Shown: one piece after another, positions 19,970 to 29,027 of the stretch
Numbering within the stretch: position 1 is the first letter of the stretch
Layout: each line of letters starts with the position of its first letter
Notes under the pieces: generated by a model
Database searches by the model: none
Told to the model about the DNA's origin: nothing
The model's input: the letters and a program-made list of their open reading frames with translations, nothing else
Position numbers and translations under genes: made by a program
Assembly (NCBI GenBank): GCA_049967475.1
Contig: JBMFSQ010000004.1
Span: 20,017 to 84,016, forward strand
Length of the DNA stretch: 64,000 nucleotides
Reading direction: 5' to 3'
From: Chthonomonadales bacterium
Lineage (GTDB): Bacteria; Armatimonadota; Chthonomonadetes; Chthonomonadales; CAJBBX01

Positions 19970-20122
19970 TCACGAAGCCGGATGAACCGTGCGTGGGGCA
20001 GCCAGGCTGCCTCAGTTGGGTGCGGACATTGGGCGGCTTCGTGTGCAAGACGCCTGCCGGGCACACGACGGCGAAAAATTCGGTGTACGGAACTGAATTA
20101 GGGGCACAAGCGAGGAGAGGAC

Positions 20123-20578
20123 ATGTCCAGGATCTTGGTTGTTGACGACGAGGAGGACGTGCTGGCGGCACTGCGGCGGCGACTGGAGCGGGAAGGATAC
20201 CATGTGGACACAGCTTCCAGCTCTGCAGATGCGGAACAAGCCATTCGGAGAGCCGAGCCTGCGTACGATGTGGTGGTCACCGACATGAGCATGGAGGAAG
20301 CCGACAGCGGCCTGCGGGTGCTGCAGGAAGCGTTGGCTCACGACCTATTCACCGAGGTAATCGTGCTGACGGCCTACGGGAACGTCGCCAACGCGGTCGA
20401 ATCCATGCGGCGCGGAGCCTTTGATTACCTCGAAAAGAACACGCCCGGCGTGGACGTGTACGAACTCCTTATTCTTAAGGTGGCCCAGGCTATGGAGCGT
20501 CGTCGCACAGCGATCGCCACCGTCCGCCGTTTGGAGGATCTGGCGCGCCATAGATCGGGTTTTGACCGTTCTCGATAG
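20123..20578 (+). CDS. Single-domain response regulator (NtrC-like receiver with a short C-terminal helix)
   Basis: ILVVDDE, VVTD, LTAYG and GAFDYLEK; GAGGAG SD. Confidence 0.93.
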   Translation: MSRILVVDDEEDVLAALRRRLEREGYHVDTASSSADAEQAIRRAEPAYDVVVTDMSMEEADSGLRVLQEALAHDLFTEVIVLTAYGNVANAVESMRRGAFDYLEKNTPGVDVYELLILKVAQAMERRRTAIATVRRLEDLARHRSGFDRSR

Positions 20579-20625
20579 GCATTCAGCGGTTTTCCCGAAC
20601 AGGTTTGGACGCTGAGGTGTCATTC

Positions 20626-21600
20626 ATGCAAGAACCTCTCCTTCGTGTAGAGGATCTCCGGAAGCACTTCCTCCTTAGGTACCGCTCGGGCTTTCAAACC
20701 CGCACTCACGTGGTTCGGGCGATAGATGGTGTAGGCCTTACTCTGCATGCCGGCGAGACCTTGGGGCTGGTAGGCGAGAGCGGGTGCGGCAAGACGACCT
20801 TGGGTCGCGTCATCTTGCGTCTCGTGGAGCCTACAGCGGGCCGCGTGTGGTTCCAGGGGCAGGAACTTACCCAGTTGCGAGGAACCGCGCTCAGGGCGGT
20901 CCGGCGGAACCTTGGGATCGTATTCCAGGATCCCATGGCCTCACTGGACCCGCGGATGACGGCGGGAGCCATCATAGCGGAACCTCTGCGCATTCATGGC
21001 GTCGTTCAGAACCGCCGCGAAGCCCGTGAGCGCGTGCAAGTGTTACTGGAGCAAGTAGGGCTGGATGCCGGCGCCGCCGGCCGATATCCCCATGAGTTTT
21101 CGGGAGGTCAGCGGCAGCGCATCGGGATTGCGCGAGCGATTGCCACCGGGCCCAAGCTCGTGATATTGGACGAGCCGGTTTCCGCATTGGACATTTCGAT
21201 CCGCGCCCAGATCCTGAACCTCCTGCAAGATCTGGGGGAACGTTTGGGGTTGGCCTATCTCTTCATTGCCCACGATCTTTCGGCCGTGCGGCATGTTTGC
21301 CATCAGGTGGCTGTGATGCACCTGGGGGTAATCGTGGAGACGGCGCCCACCGCCCAGCTCTTTGCAGCACCGCTCCATCCATACACAAGGGCGCTGATCG
21401 CCTCAGTGCCTGTACCCGATCCTCAACGCCGAAGCATTGCTCCCCCTCTGGAAGGGGACGTGTCGCCGCTTGGAGTAGAAATCGGCGGATGCCGTTTCCG
21501 CAGCCGGTGTCCGCTGGCTCAGGAACGGTGCTCAACCGAGGAGCCGCAACTTAGAGAGATGGGAAGCGGACATCGGGTGGCATGCCATTTCCCCGGCTAG
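20626..21600 (+). CDS. Oligopeptide/dipeptide ABC transporter ATP-binding protein (OppF/DppF-like)
   Basis: GESGCGKT, FSGGQRQR, LDEPVSALD, HPYT and GCRFRSRC...C...VACH. Confidence 0.94.
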   Translation: MQEPLLRVEDLRKHFLLRYRSGFQTRTHVVRAIDGVGLTLHAGETLGLVGESGCGKTTLGRVILRLVEPTAGRVWFQGQELTQLRGTALRAVRRNLGIVFQDPMASLDPRMTAGAIIAEPLRIHGVVQNRREARERVQVLLEQVGLDAGAAGRYPHEFSGGQRQRIGIARAIATGPKLVILDEPVSALDISIRAQILNLLQDLGERLGLAYLFIAHDLSAVRHVCHQVAVMHLGVIVETAPTAQLFAAPLHPYTRALIASVPVPDPQRRSIAPPLEGDVSPLGVEIGGCRFRSRCPLAQERCSTEEPQLREMGSGHRVACHFPG

Positions 21601-21614
21601 CCGGGCATCAGACC

Positions 21615-22049
21615 TCAGTTGATGCCGGGGCCCTGGGCCTCGCCTTCGCCTGTGGCAGGCGCCCCCATGGCTGGTCCGGAATTGGCCGGCGCAGGGGAAG
21701 CAGAAGAGGGGAGAATGGGCGCAGGGCTGCCGCTTGACGGCCGGCGGAAGGGCACTGGGCGCATCATCGGTGCGGGAGGAAGCGGTGAATGGGCCTGGGC
21801 GGTGCGGCCGGGCGGAGGCGGGTTTGTTCCCGTTGGGTGCCGGCCGCCGAAGAGTTCGCGCCCCACAAAGAGAAGGGCAACCACGGTCACCAGAACCATA
21901 ATCACCGCGTAGGCGATCTGCTTCCAGCGGCTTGCGTCACCGGTGTTCTTGGCCGAGCGCTTGGAGCCCTTCTTTTGGGGTGCAGGCGTGGTTTTTCGCG
22001 GAGGTCCGGAGGATCCGTCAGGATCATGCAATTCCAATACTTCGGGCAT
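21615..22049 (-). CDS. Hypothetical single-pass membrane protein with a Pro-rich C-terminal tail
   Basis: GAGGAGG SD and an upstream TATAAT (22085-22090); basic N-region, one TM and a Pro/Ser/Gly-rich tail. Confidence 0.7.
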   Translation of the reverse strand: MPEVLELHDPDGSSGPPRKTTPAPQKKGSKRSAKNTGDASRWKQIAYAVIMVLVTVVALLFVGRELFGGRHPTGTNPPPPGRTAQAHSPLPPAPMMRPVPFRRPSSGSPAPILPSSASPAPANSGPAMGAPATGEGEAQGPGIN

Positions 22050-22301
22050 AAACGTCCTCCTCTTGCCACGCCGGAGTTATGGTTATTATACCGCCGTCTT
22101 TTCCGGCTGCAGGTCTTCGTCCCGGGTGTGCCTGCGGCAAGCGCCCGCCTTGCCTGGGCATTGTAAGAAACTGTGCTCTCTGCAGGCCCCACAAACTCGG
22201 CATCCGTCGGTCGAGAAGCCGGCGACTATAGGCGGGGAACCGGGCCGGCCGCGCCGACGTAACCATCTTCATATTCGGCTGCAGCGAGCGGACACACGAC
22301 C

Positions 22302-22853
22302 ATGGCCGGCTTTGCGGTCCAACAGTATGACCACAAACTTGTGTTGTACAAGTCACACCAGGGGCGCCTCCATTCCGTGGGCTGCGTGTACTTCGGCATC
22401 GCTCTGTGCTGTGCAGGCATCCTCGGTCTTCTGGGTTTGCTGTGGGAGGCCGAGAGCGGTACGGACCACACTGCCCTTGATCCGCCGCAGCTTTTCAGCC
22501 CCCACGGCAACCATTTCGGTTTCCTGTGGCTCGTGGCCATGGCCGTTCTCTTCGGACTGGTTCCGGCTTATGCGGCGCGGGCCTACCGGGCCGGCACCCG
22601 CATCGTGTTCGACCGGATTGCCGGAACGGTGTCGGTGAACGGCCGCTGCGTCACGCGCCTCGACCGGGTAGAAGGCGTCGTCCTTCGATGCACCACGGAC
22701 CCTGCCGGCGTACCGATCCATCGGCTGGTACTTTTGCACTCCGACGGAGCAGAATGGGTGATCCATACTGCCTACAACAGGCCCGAAGTGAGCAACCTTG
22801 CGTGGGCCATCGCGAGTTTCCTCGGCCTGGAACGCCGGCGATGGCTGCCGTAA
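22302..22853 (+). CDS. Hypothetical two-TM membrane protein with a possible PH-like C-terminal domain
   Basis: Two hydrophobic segments followed by a beta-rich region and an IASFLGL end. Confidence 0.6.
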   Translation: MAGFAVQQYDHKLVLYKSHQGRLHSVGCVYFGIALCCAGILGLLGLLWEAESGTDHTALDPPQLFSPHGNHFGFLWLVAMAVLFGLVPAYAARAYRAGTRIVFDRIAGTVSVNGRCVTRLDRVEGVVLRCTTDPAGVPIHRLVLLHSDGAEWVIHTAYNRPEVSNLAWAIASFLGLERRRWLP

Positions 22854-22860
22854 GTACCCC

Positions 22861-23391
22861 TTACAGCTTGGTCCACTCGCCGTCGTCATTCTGGTATTCG
22901 ATCAGGGTAACCGGGCTCACACCGTTGGGTTTGATGTAGAGGCCGGTTATACGGAGCTTGGCGACGGTGTCGTGGAGCTGCCTCACGCCGCCTGCGGAAC
23001 CGGCATACATGGCGAACCTTTCCATTCCTTTGGCCCTCCAGCCCCACGTGGGATGAGCCTTGATGGCCGTCGCAGAGATGCGCGCGATGCATCCTCCCCG
23101 ACTGGAAGCCACAGCATCGCGAACGCTCAGCACATGGTCCACGGAGTCCACTATGGCCAGGCGCAAGGCCGCTTTGCCTTCCATGGATGCCAGAACCACA
23201 TAACCTTCCACAGACACCGTGGTTTTTGGAGCCCGATGGGCATGAAGGAAGTCGTCCACAGTAGTGAAGCGGTTCTGATCGGCCGGCATGGCCGGCTTCG
23301 GCGGGTGGGGCGCTTTGGGAGCGGCGCCGCACATCCCGGTGAAGGCGATGCAAAGGATTGCAGCGTGGGCAACGATACCTCTACGGTGCAT
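22861..23391 (-). CDS. Hypothetical secreted protein (possibly OB-fold)
   Basis: AGGAGG SD; signal peptide; VSVEGYVV...LRITG...PVTLIE pattern. Confidence 0.7.
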   Translation of the reverse strand: MHRRGIVAHAAILCIAFTGMCGAAPKAPHPPKPAMPADQNRFTTVDDFLHAHRAPKTTVSVEGYVVLASMEGKAALRLAIVDSVDHVLSVRDAVASSRGGCIARISATAIKAHPTWGWRAKGMERFAMYAGSAGGVRQLHDTVAKLRITGLYIKPNGVSPVTLIEYQNDDGEWTKL

Positions 23392-23690
23392 TGGGTGTCC
23401 TCCTAATAAAGAGTGCTGGCTGGGCGGCGCAATCCGCCTCCCATGAGCGTTTCTTCCTTACCGGGCGAGAGTCCTTCCCATTGTTTCGGAAGGCGGGGCA
23501 GCTCTCTACGCTGTTGTAAGCCATAATACAGTGGTCCGGCAGCATAACGCGACTGAACTGCCGTTTCTTAGCGCGCAGATTGGTTGGAACGATGGCGGCG
23601 CGCCCAGTTCTATGCGTCGCAAAGCAGAAGTGTGCCGGGAGGCTGCGCGAGTGGTTCCGGCAGTTCGGGAGCGACGGGATAGCGATTTCC

Positions 23691-26111
23691 ATGCGGGTTT
23701 GGCGTGATCTCTTCTGGAATTGCGCAGCCTTCCTCAGCACCGCGGCTGCTTTGGCAACTGCCGACACTCGGGTACCTGCCGTACCGTCCACGGACCCCAA
23801 CCGCGGCCTCTTTCCTGCCTCATCTGTGGTGGACTTCCGGTATCTACTGGATGCCCCTGCAGGCAAGCGCGGTTTCCTCACTGCCCGTGGCGGTCATTTT
23901 TATTGGGCCGACGGTACCCGAGGGAAGTTTTGGGGCGTGAATATCAGCAGCCGCTCAGTTTGGGTGGATCATTCGCGCATCGAACAGGTGGCGGAAGTTC
24001 TCGCCCGCGCAGGTTGCAATATGGTGCGCTTCGAAGCGTTGGACACGGCTGAGGGCATTCTGGATGTTCCCGGTTCCAACAGTTCCAGGGCGCTAAACAG
24101 CGACCGGTTGGAGCGGCTGGATTATTGGATCGCGCAACTCAAGAAGCGGGGGATTTACGTTTACCTCGATTTGCTGGACTTCAGGCAGTTCAAAGCGGGC
24201 GACGGTGTGCCTGCATGGGATCAGCTTGGGCGTGCCGCCAAGCCGTGTGCTGTTTTTGATGATCGGCTCATCGCGCTGCAGGAGGAATACGCGCGCCAGC
24301 TCCTCACGCATCGCAACCCTTATACGGGACTGCGCTATGTGGATGACCCGGCCATCGCGCTGATAGAGGTGTGCAACGAGCATGGTCTCTTCATGAAAGC
24401 CGCTGAACTGGACACTTTGCCGGATTATTACGCATTGGAACTGCGGCGGCTGTGGTCGGAATGGTTGGTGCAGCGGTACCGCTCGCGAGATGCATTAGCG
24501 TTGGCCTGGAAGCGCGCGTCTGGGCGGGAGGTATTGCAGCCATTCGAAGACCCGGCATCGGGGACGGTGGCGCTGCCGCTGTTCGCGCGGTCCGGGTCGC
24601 AGGCTGAGGCGGATAAGCCCGGGGTGCAAGGCGGCATCCTGGCTCAACCTGGGGATCCGCGAACGGCGCCGGCACGCGTGGCCGACGGTGTGCGCTTCCT
24701 GTATGACATGCAGCGAAGATACTTTCGGCGCATGCACCTCTTCTTGCGCACCCTCGGCGTGAAGGTTCCCATAACAGGTGTGGTGTCCAGCGATATTCCG
24801 CCAGACCTGGCATCGGTGGCGGACGAGATGGATTTCACGGCAGAGAACTACTACTTCGACCATCCTGCCTTCACGGGCAAAGATTGGGAAGGTGCGTTCT
24901 TTTACAACGACACGAACCCGATTCGGTTCAGCTCGGTGTACCAGATCGCACCGTGGCTTGCGGCGCTGCGCTGGCAAGGCAAGCCGGTGGTGGTGCGCGA
25001 ATGGGCCGTAGTGTGGCCCAACCGATACCGAGCAGTTGCCATGCCCGAAATGGCGGCCTACGCCGGTCTGCAGGATTTTGACGCTGTACTCCTGTTCGGA
25101 TATCAGGTGGAGCGCGACCCTGGTCGCCTTGGGGACTTCGATCATCAGGCGGATCCTACCGTTTGGGGATTGTTCGGATTGGCGGCCCAGTGCTTCCTCC
25201 GCGGCGACGTGAAGCCCTCTCCCTATGTGCTCACGATGCGGTATTCCGACGCAGAGCTGTTCCGGTGGCCCAGCACCCTTGGCGACCTCTACCGGTGCGC
25301 TTGGGCGGTGCGCATCGAGAGCGAATATACACCTGGGCCTGCCGACCATGGTTCCTCCGGCGTGGAACGTTCGCCCGCACGAACACGGACGCGTCTTGCC
25401 GCTCGCGGGAGGCGTGGCTCGAAGGGAAATCGGGCGCGTGTCATCGCGAAAGACCTAGAAGTGTCGGCGGGCGACCGATGGCTCCTCCCCCAAGTACTCG
25501 AGCGCTTTCGGATGGCAGGGGCCTCGTGCGATGCTCTGATGTTCGGTGCCGGCGTTCTGAAATCAGCCACCGGAGAGATCATTCGCCGTACCCAGGCAGG
25601 CCGGCTGGAACTGGTAACTCCCAGAGCCATCGCTGTGTGCGGCGAGCTGCCGTGCGCTCAGCCCGTGCACCTGGGGGATTGGACCGTCGTTACAGGGACG
25701 GCGGTAGGGGCCTTCATGGCGGTGTCTCTGGATGGCGCTCCGTTAAGTAGATCCCGGCGATATGTGATGAAGATGGTAAGCGTGGCCCAGAACAGCGGGC
25801 AGGAGCTGCAGGCGGCCCAAAGCGGAGCACCGGGTAAGTGGCTCATCAAGAATTGGGGCAGAGCGCCTATCCGTACCCTCGGCGAATCTTCAACGCTTCC
25901 CACGCGCATCCTGCTGGGGGGCCGGCAGCTTGTGTCCCTGGATCTACGTAACGGCACGTGGGAGGTGTCCGTGTCCGAAGATCAGGCAACCCTGGTTTGC
26001 GACACTCCTGGCATCCGCGTGTCCCTTTTCGGCCAGCAGACAACGACGGCGCCGGATGTTCCCATCGTCGTGGACCTGTCTTTATCCCGGCAGACGGCCC
26101 GCGAGGAGTGA
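23691..26111 (+). CDS. Secreted clan GH-A (GH5-like) glycoside hydrolase
   Basis: LLDAPAGKRGF, FWGVN, GCNMVRF, LLTHRNPYTG..Y.DDPA, NE acid/base motif (EVCNE) and VVREW nucleophile; start approximate. Confidence 0.8.
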   Translation: MRVWRDLFWNCAAFLSTAAALATADTRVPAVPSTDPNRGLFPASSVVDFRYLLDAPAGKRGFLTARGGHFYWADGTRGKFWGVNISSRSVWVDHSRIEQVAEVLARAGCNMVRFEALDTAEGILDVPGSNSSRALNSDRLERLDYWIAQLKKRGIYVYLDLLDFRQFKAGDGVPAWDQLGRAAKPCAVFDDRLIALQEEYARQLLTHRNPYTGLRYVDDPAIALIEVCNEHGLFMKAAELDTLPDYYALELRRLWSEWLVQRYRSRDALALAWKRASGREVLQPFEDPASGTVALPLFARSGSQAEADKPGVQGGILAQPGDPRTAPARVADGVRFLYDMQRRYFRRMHLFLRTLGVKVPITGVVSSDIPPDLASVADEMDFTAENYYFDHPAFTGKDWEGAFFYNDTNPIRFSSVYQIAPWLAALRWQGKPVVVREWAVVWPNRYRAVAMPEMAAYAGLQDFDAVLLFGYQVERDPGRLGDFDHQADPTVWGLFGLAAQCFLRGDVKPSPYVLTMRYSDAELFRWPSTLGDLYRCAWAVRIESEYTPGPADHGSSGVERSPARTRTRLAARGRRGSKGNRARVIAKDLEVSAGDRWLLPQVLERFRMAGASCDALMFGAGVLKSATGEIIRRTQAGRLELVTPRAIAVCGELPCAQPVHLGDWTVVTGTAVGAFMAVSLDGAPLSRSRRYVMKMVSVAQNSGQELQAAQSGAPGKWLIKNWGRAPIRTLGESSTLPTRILLGGRQLVSLDLRNGTWEVSVSEDQATLVCDTPGIRVSLFGQQTTTAPDVPIVVDLSLSRQTAREE

Positions 26112-26389
26112 GCCCGGAACGGTGCGGCGATCCGGAGTGACATTTCTCTCAAAGCAGGACAAGGGTGCGCCGCCCGTGTCGTTCTGCATTGGGTGCAGCC
26201 AGGTTCCAAACGGCTTGGGCAGCCTCGGCATCGCCGCCATTCCTACCCTTCTGAGCGCACTGCAGAGACAGGCCGTGTCCCTTTGTTGACCCGGGTCCCA
26301 TGGCCGATGCTCGGTATCCGTCACGGCGGTTTGCTTATGCCGCCCAAGTTTTGGCGTTTGCATGCTCCGCGGCAGCCGGATAGCCCTTC

Positions 26390-28849
26390 CTAATCCCTGG
26401 GGTTGAGGATGCGCTCGATCGTTTTGCGGCAGTCGTGCAGGTGCAGAGCTGTTTGCGCATCTGCTGCCCTGGGGAGCGCGCGGTCAATCTCTTTGGCGAG
26501 GGCTTCCAGGGCTCCTCGTGCCTGGGGTCTCAGGTCTGTTTGGGTGGTACTCTCGCCGGTCAGGCGGGCGCGCATCAATTCGAGGTAAGCGCGCTGAAGG
26601 TTCCGGCGGAAGAGGCTGACGGCGGGCCGACGCTGCGAGAGCTCGCTCCAAAGCGCTCCTTGAACATCCGCAACGAAGCGCTTCACGGGGTAGGCGTTCT
26701 TCGGGCTCAGCGCTTCGGTGTCCAGCATCCTTCGGATCCGCGCGTCGTTGAAAAGGGATTGAAGGATGGCCGTTTGGCTCTGGAGCACCAGGTCCTCCAC
26801 ACCAGAAGGCTCGATGCGATACAGAACCTCGGGTCGCAGGATCTCCTGAGGCGTAGTGAAGGCATGTTGGGCCAGGAACCGAACTGCTGCTGCCTGCCTC
26901 TCGGCTGGAACCGGCTTATAGACTTCCCCGCCGCGGCCCGCGTGGTAATCCGTCTGGACTACGCCGCCCACCAGGTTGGTTACGTGCATCAGCTCGGTGG
27001 TGCGCTGGCGTACCAGCGTATTGAACGCATCTTCCAGCAAACTATAATCATCGCCGAAATGGCTGGTGGCCGAGAGCAAAAGCTTGGCTACGCGGGCGAT
27101 ATTGAGGAACCCTAGGCGGGTGGCTTCGATGGGGTCGTTGCTCAGATCCTCCATTTGTTGGGTAGGATCCTCGAAGTGGCTGTTGCCGAAGCGCAGCATC
27201 GGGTTGGATATCTGCTGCGCAGCGAGGCGATCCAGCGTTGGCTTCTCGTCGTCGGGCGTCTTCACGCCGGGGATCGGCATATATCCCCACTTGATGGCGA
27301 AGATGTCATAGGGGCCGATTTTCGGGATTAGGTGTGCTCCGTCGCCCGGCTGGGCTACGTAATTGAAGCGGCCGTAATCCATGATCGAAGCCTCGTCGCC
27401 GTATTGCGCTGTAAACTTGGGGTCGCGGAGTTGGGCAACGGTGTAGGAGGATGATGCCTTAAAGTTGTGTTCGAGCCCCAGGGTATGGCCCACCTCGTGA
27501 CAGATGATGTAGCGAACGATGCGCCCCATCAGGGCGTCGGGTAGCGGAAGGTGGCGTGCCTGGGGGTCTTGGGCAGCACATTGGGAGAAGTACCAATCCT
27601 CTCCGAGTTTGAGGACGTTGTGCCACACGATGATGTGCGCGGAGATGATCTCGCCGCTCCGCGGATCGTGCACGTGTGGGCCCATGGCATTTTCGAATGT
27701 GGTAGGAGCCCAGCGGATCACCGAGTAGCGTGCGTCTTCGGGATCCCAGCCGGGGTCCTGGTCTGCGGTGGGCGCTTCCCTGCACACGATGGCGTTACGG
27801 AACCCTGCGGCTTCGAACGCCTGGTTCCAATCTTCTACGCCTTGCTTTACGTAGGGGCGCCACTTCTCGGGTACTTCACGGCTGATGTAATACACGATGG
27901 GCTGGATCGGTTCGGATATGGGGGCGGTAGCATCGCGCTTTTCCAAACGATAGCGGGCAATGTACTGGCGTTCCACTACGCGGTGATCCGGCCGGCCGTA
28001 GTCTTGGAAGCTTTCGGAGAAGAAGCCGACGCGGCTGTCTCGCAGGCGGCCCATCATGGGCTTTTCCGGGAGGAGGACCATGCTGTAATGAACGAGGGCC
28101 GTGATGCTGGAGGGTACCGCTCGGCGCATGGCTCCGATCGGGCCGCCCACCGAACCGCCGCCGGTATACGTGAGCATGGAACGAGCCTCGATGTTGATGG
28201 GAAAGACCTTGACGCTGTCAATGTAGGAACGCGCGGGATCCAGCCCGCCCCCGCCCAGGACGTTCTTCGCGCTGAATTCCGGGATGTCTGTGTTATACAA
28301 GCGTGTCACGTCAATCACGGGTTCGCCGCCCGGAGCCTCGGTCTCCACGTCGAAGGCTGCAACAATGGGTTCAAGGGAGGCGGCCTGTACGGCCTGCTCG
28401 ATAGCGCCGCCTTCCGCGCGGATCACATAGCTCACGGTGCGCAGATAGATTTTGTTCTCTCTGCGCGTCCAGCGAATGACGCGGTCTTGCACATGAATGC
28501 CCCCGTAACCCATACCTGCCGGAAGCTGGGCGATTTCAGTTGTAAGGAGCATGTCACGGTTCAGAAGCGCGGGAGGGATTTGGAAGAAGTATTTGTCGCC
28601 CACGTGGTGTACCGTGAAGAGGCCCGCCATGGTCTTAGCATCTGAAGGGATTACTTCGCTGTAGGGCTTGAGGCGTCCGGGCTTCTGGCCCTCTGCCGAT
28701 TTGGTGGAACCCGGGCCAGGGGGCTGACCTGGCGCAGGCGGATGCTGGAACGAGTTGGACTGTGCCTGGACCACACTCGCGTAAGCAGCAACAAAAAACA
28801 CGATCATTGCATGGCGCAGCAGGTGTCGCGCTGGCATGGAAGCCTCCAT
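26390..28849 (-). CDS. Secreted zinc-dependent metalloprotease (DUF5117/DUF4953-type metzincin)
   Basis: Signal peptide, DSRVGFF, DPRSGEI, HEVGHTLGLEHN zinc motif and SIMDY Met-turn. Confidence 0.92.
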   Translation of the reverse strand: MEASMPARHLLRHAMIVFFVAAYASVVQAQSNSFQHPPAPGQPPGPGSTKSAEGQKPGRLKPYSEVIPSDAKTMAGLFTVHHVGDKYFFQIPPALLNRDMLLTTEIAQLPAGMGYGGIHVQDRVIRWTRRENKIYLRTVSYVIRAEGGAIEQAVQAASLEPIVAAFDVETEAPGGEPVIDVTRLYNTDIPEFSAKNVLGGGGLDPARSYIDSVKVFPINIEARSMLTYTGGGSVGGPIGAMRRAVPSSITALVHYSMVLLPEKPMMGRLRDSRVGFFSESFQDYGRPDHRVVERQYIARYRLEKRDATAPISEPIQPIVYYISREVPEKWRPYVKQGVEDWNQAFEAAGFRNAIVCREAPTADQDPGWDPEDARYSVIRWAPTTFENAMGPHVHDPRSGEIISAHIIVWHNVLKLGEDWYFSQCAAQDPQARHLPLPDALMGRIVRYIICHEVGHTLGLEHNFKASSSYTVAQLRDPKFTAQYGDEASIMDYGRFNYVAQPGDGAHLIPKIGPYDIFAIKWGYMPIPGVKTPDDEKPTLDRLAAQQISNPMLRFGNSHFEDPTQQMEDLSNDPIEATRLGFLNIARVAKLLLSATSHFGDDYSLLEDAFNTLVRQRTTELMHVTNLVGGVVQTDYHAGRGGEVYKPVPAERQAAAVRFLAQHAFTTPQEILRPEVLYRIEPSGVEDLVLQSQTAILQSLFNDARIRRMLDTEALSPKNAYPVKRFVADVQGALWSELSQRRPAVSLFRRNLQRAYLELMRARLTGESTTQTDLRPQARGALEALAKEIDRALPRAADAQTALHLHDCRKTIERILNPRD

Positions 28850-29027
28850 AGAGGTAGGATAGACGCAGCGAGGCTATTCGGCACGCCGAAGGGTGTCTCC
28901 TTCTAAGGCGTGGGTCTCTGATGCGGCGCCGCGGGCGGTGCAATAGAGGTGTGCAGCGATGATGACATCGGGTGTTTCAGGCGATCGGCGGGCTGGTCCC
29001 GCGCCTTGCCGTCATCGGTGCGGCAGC

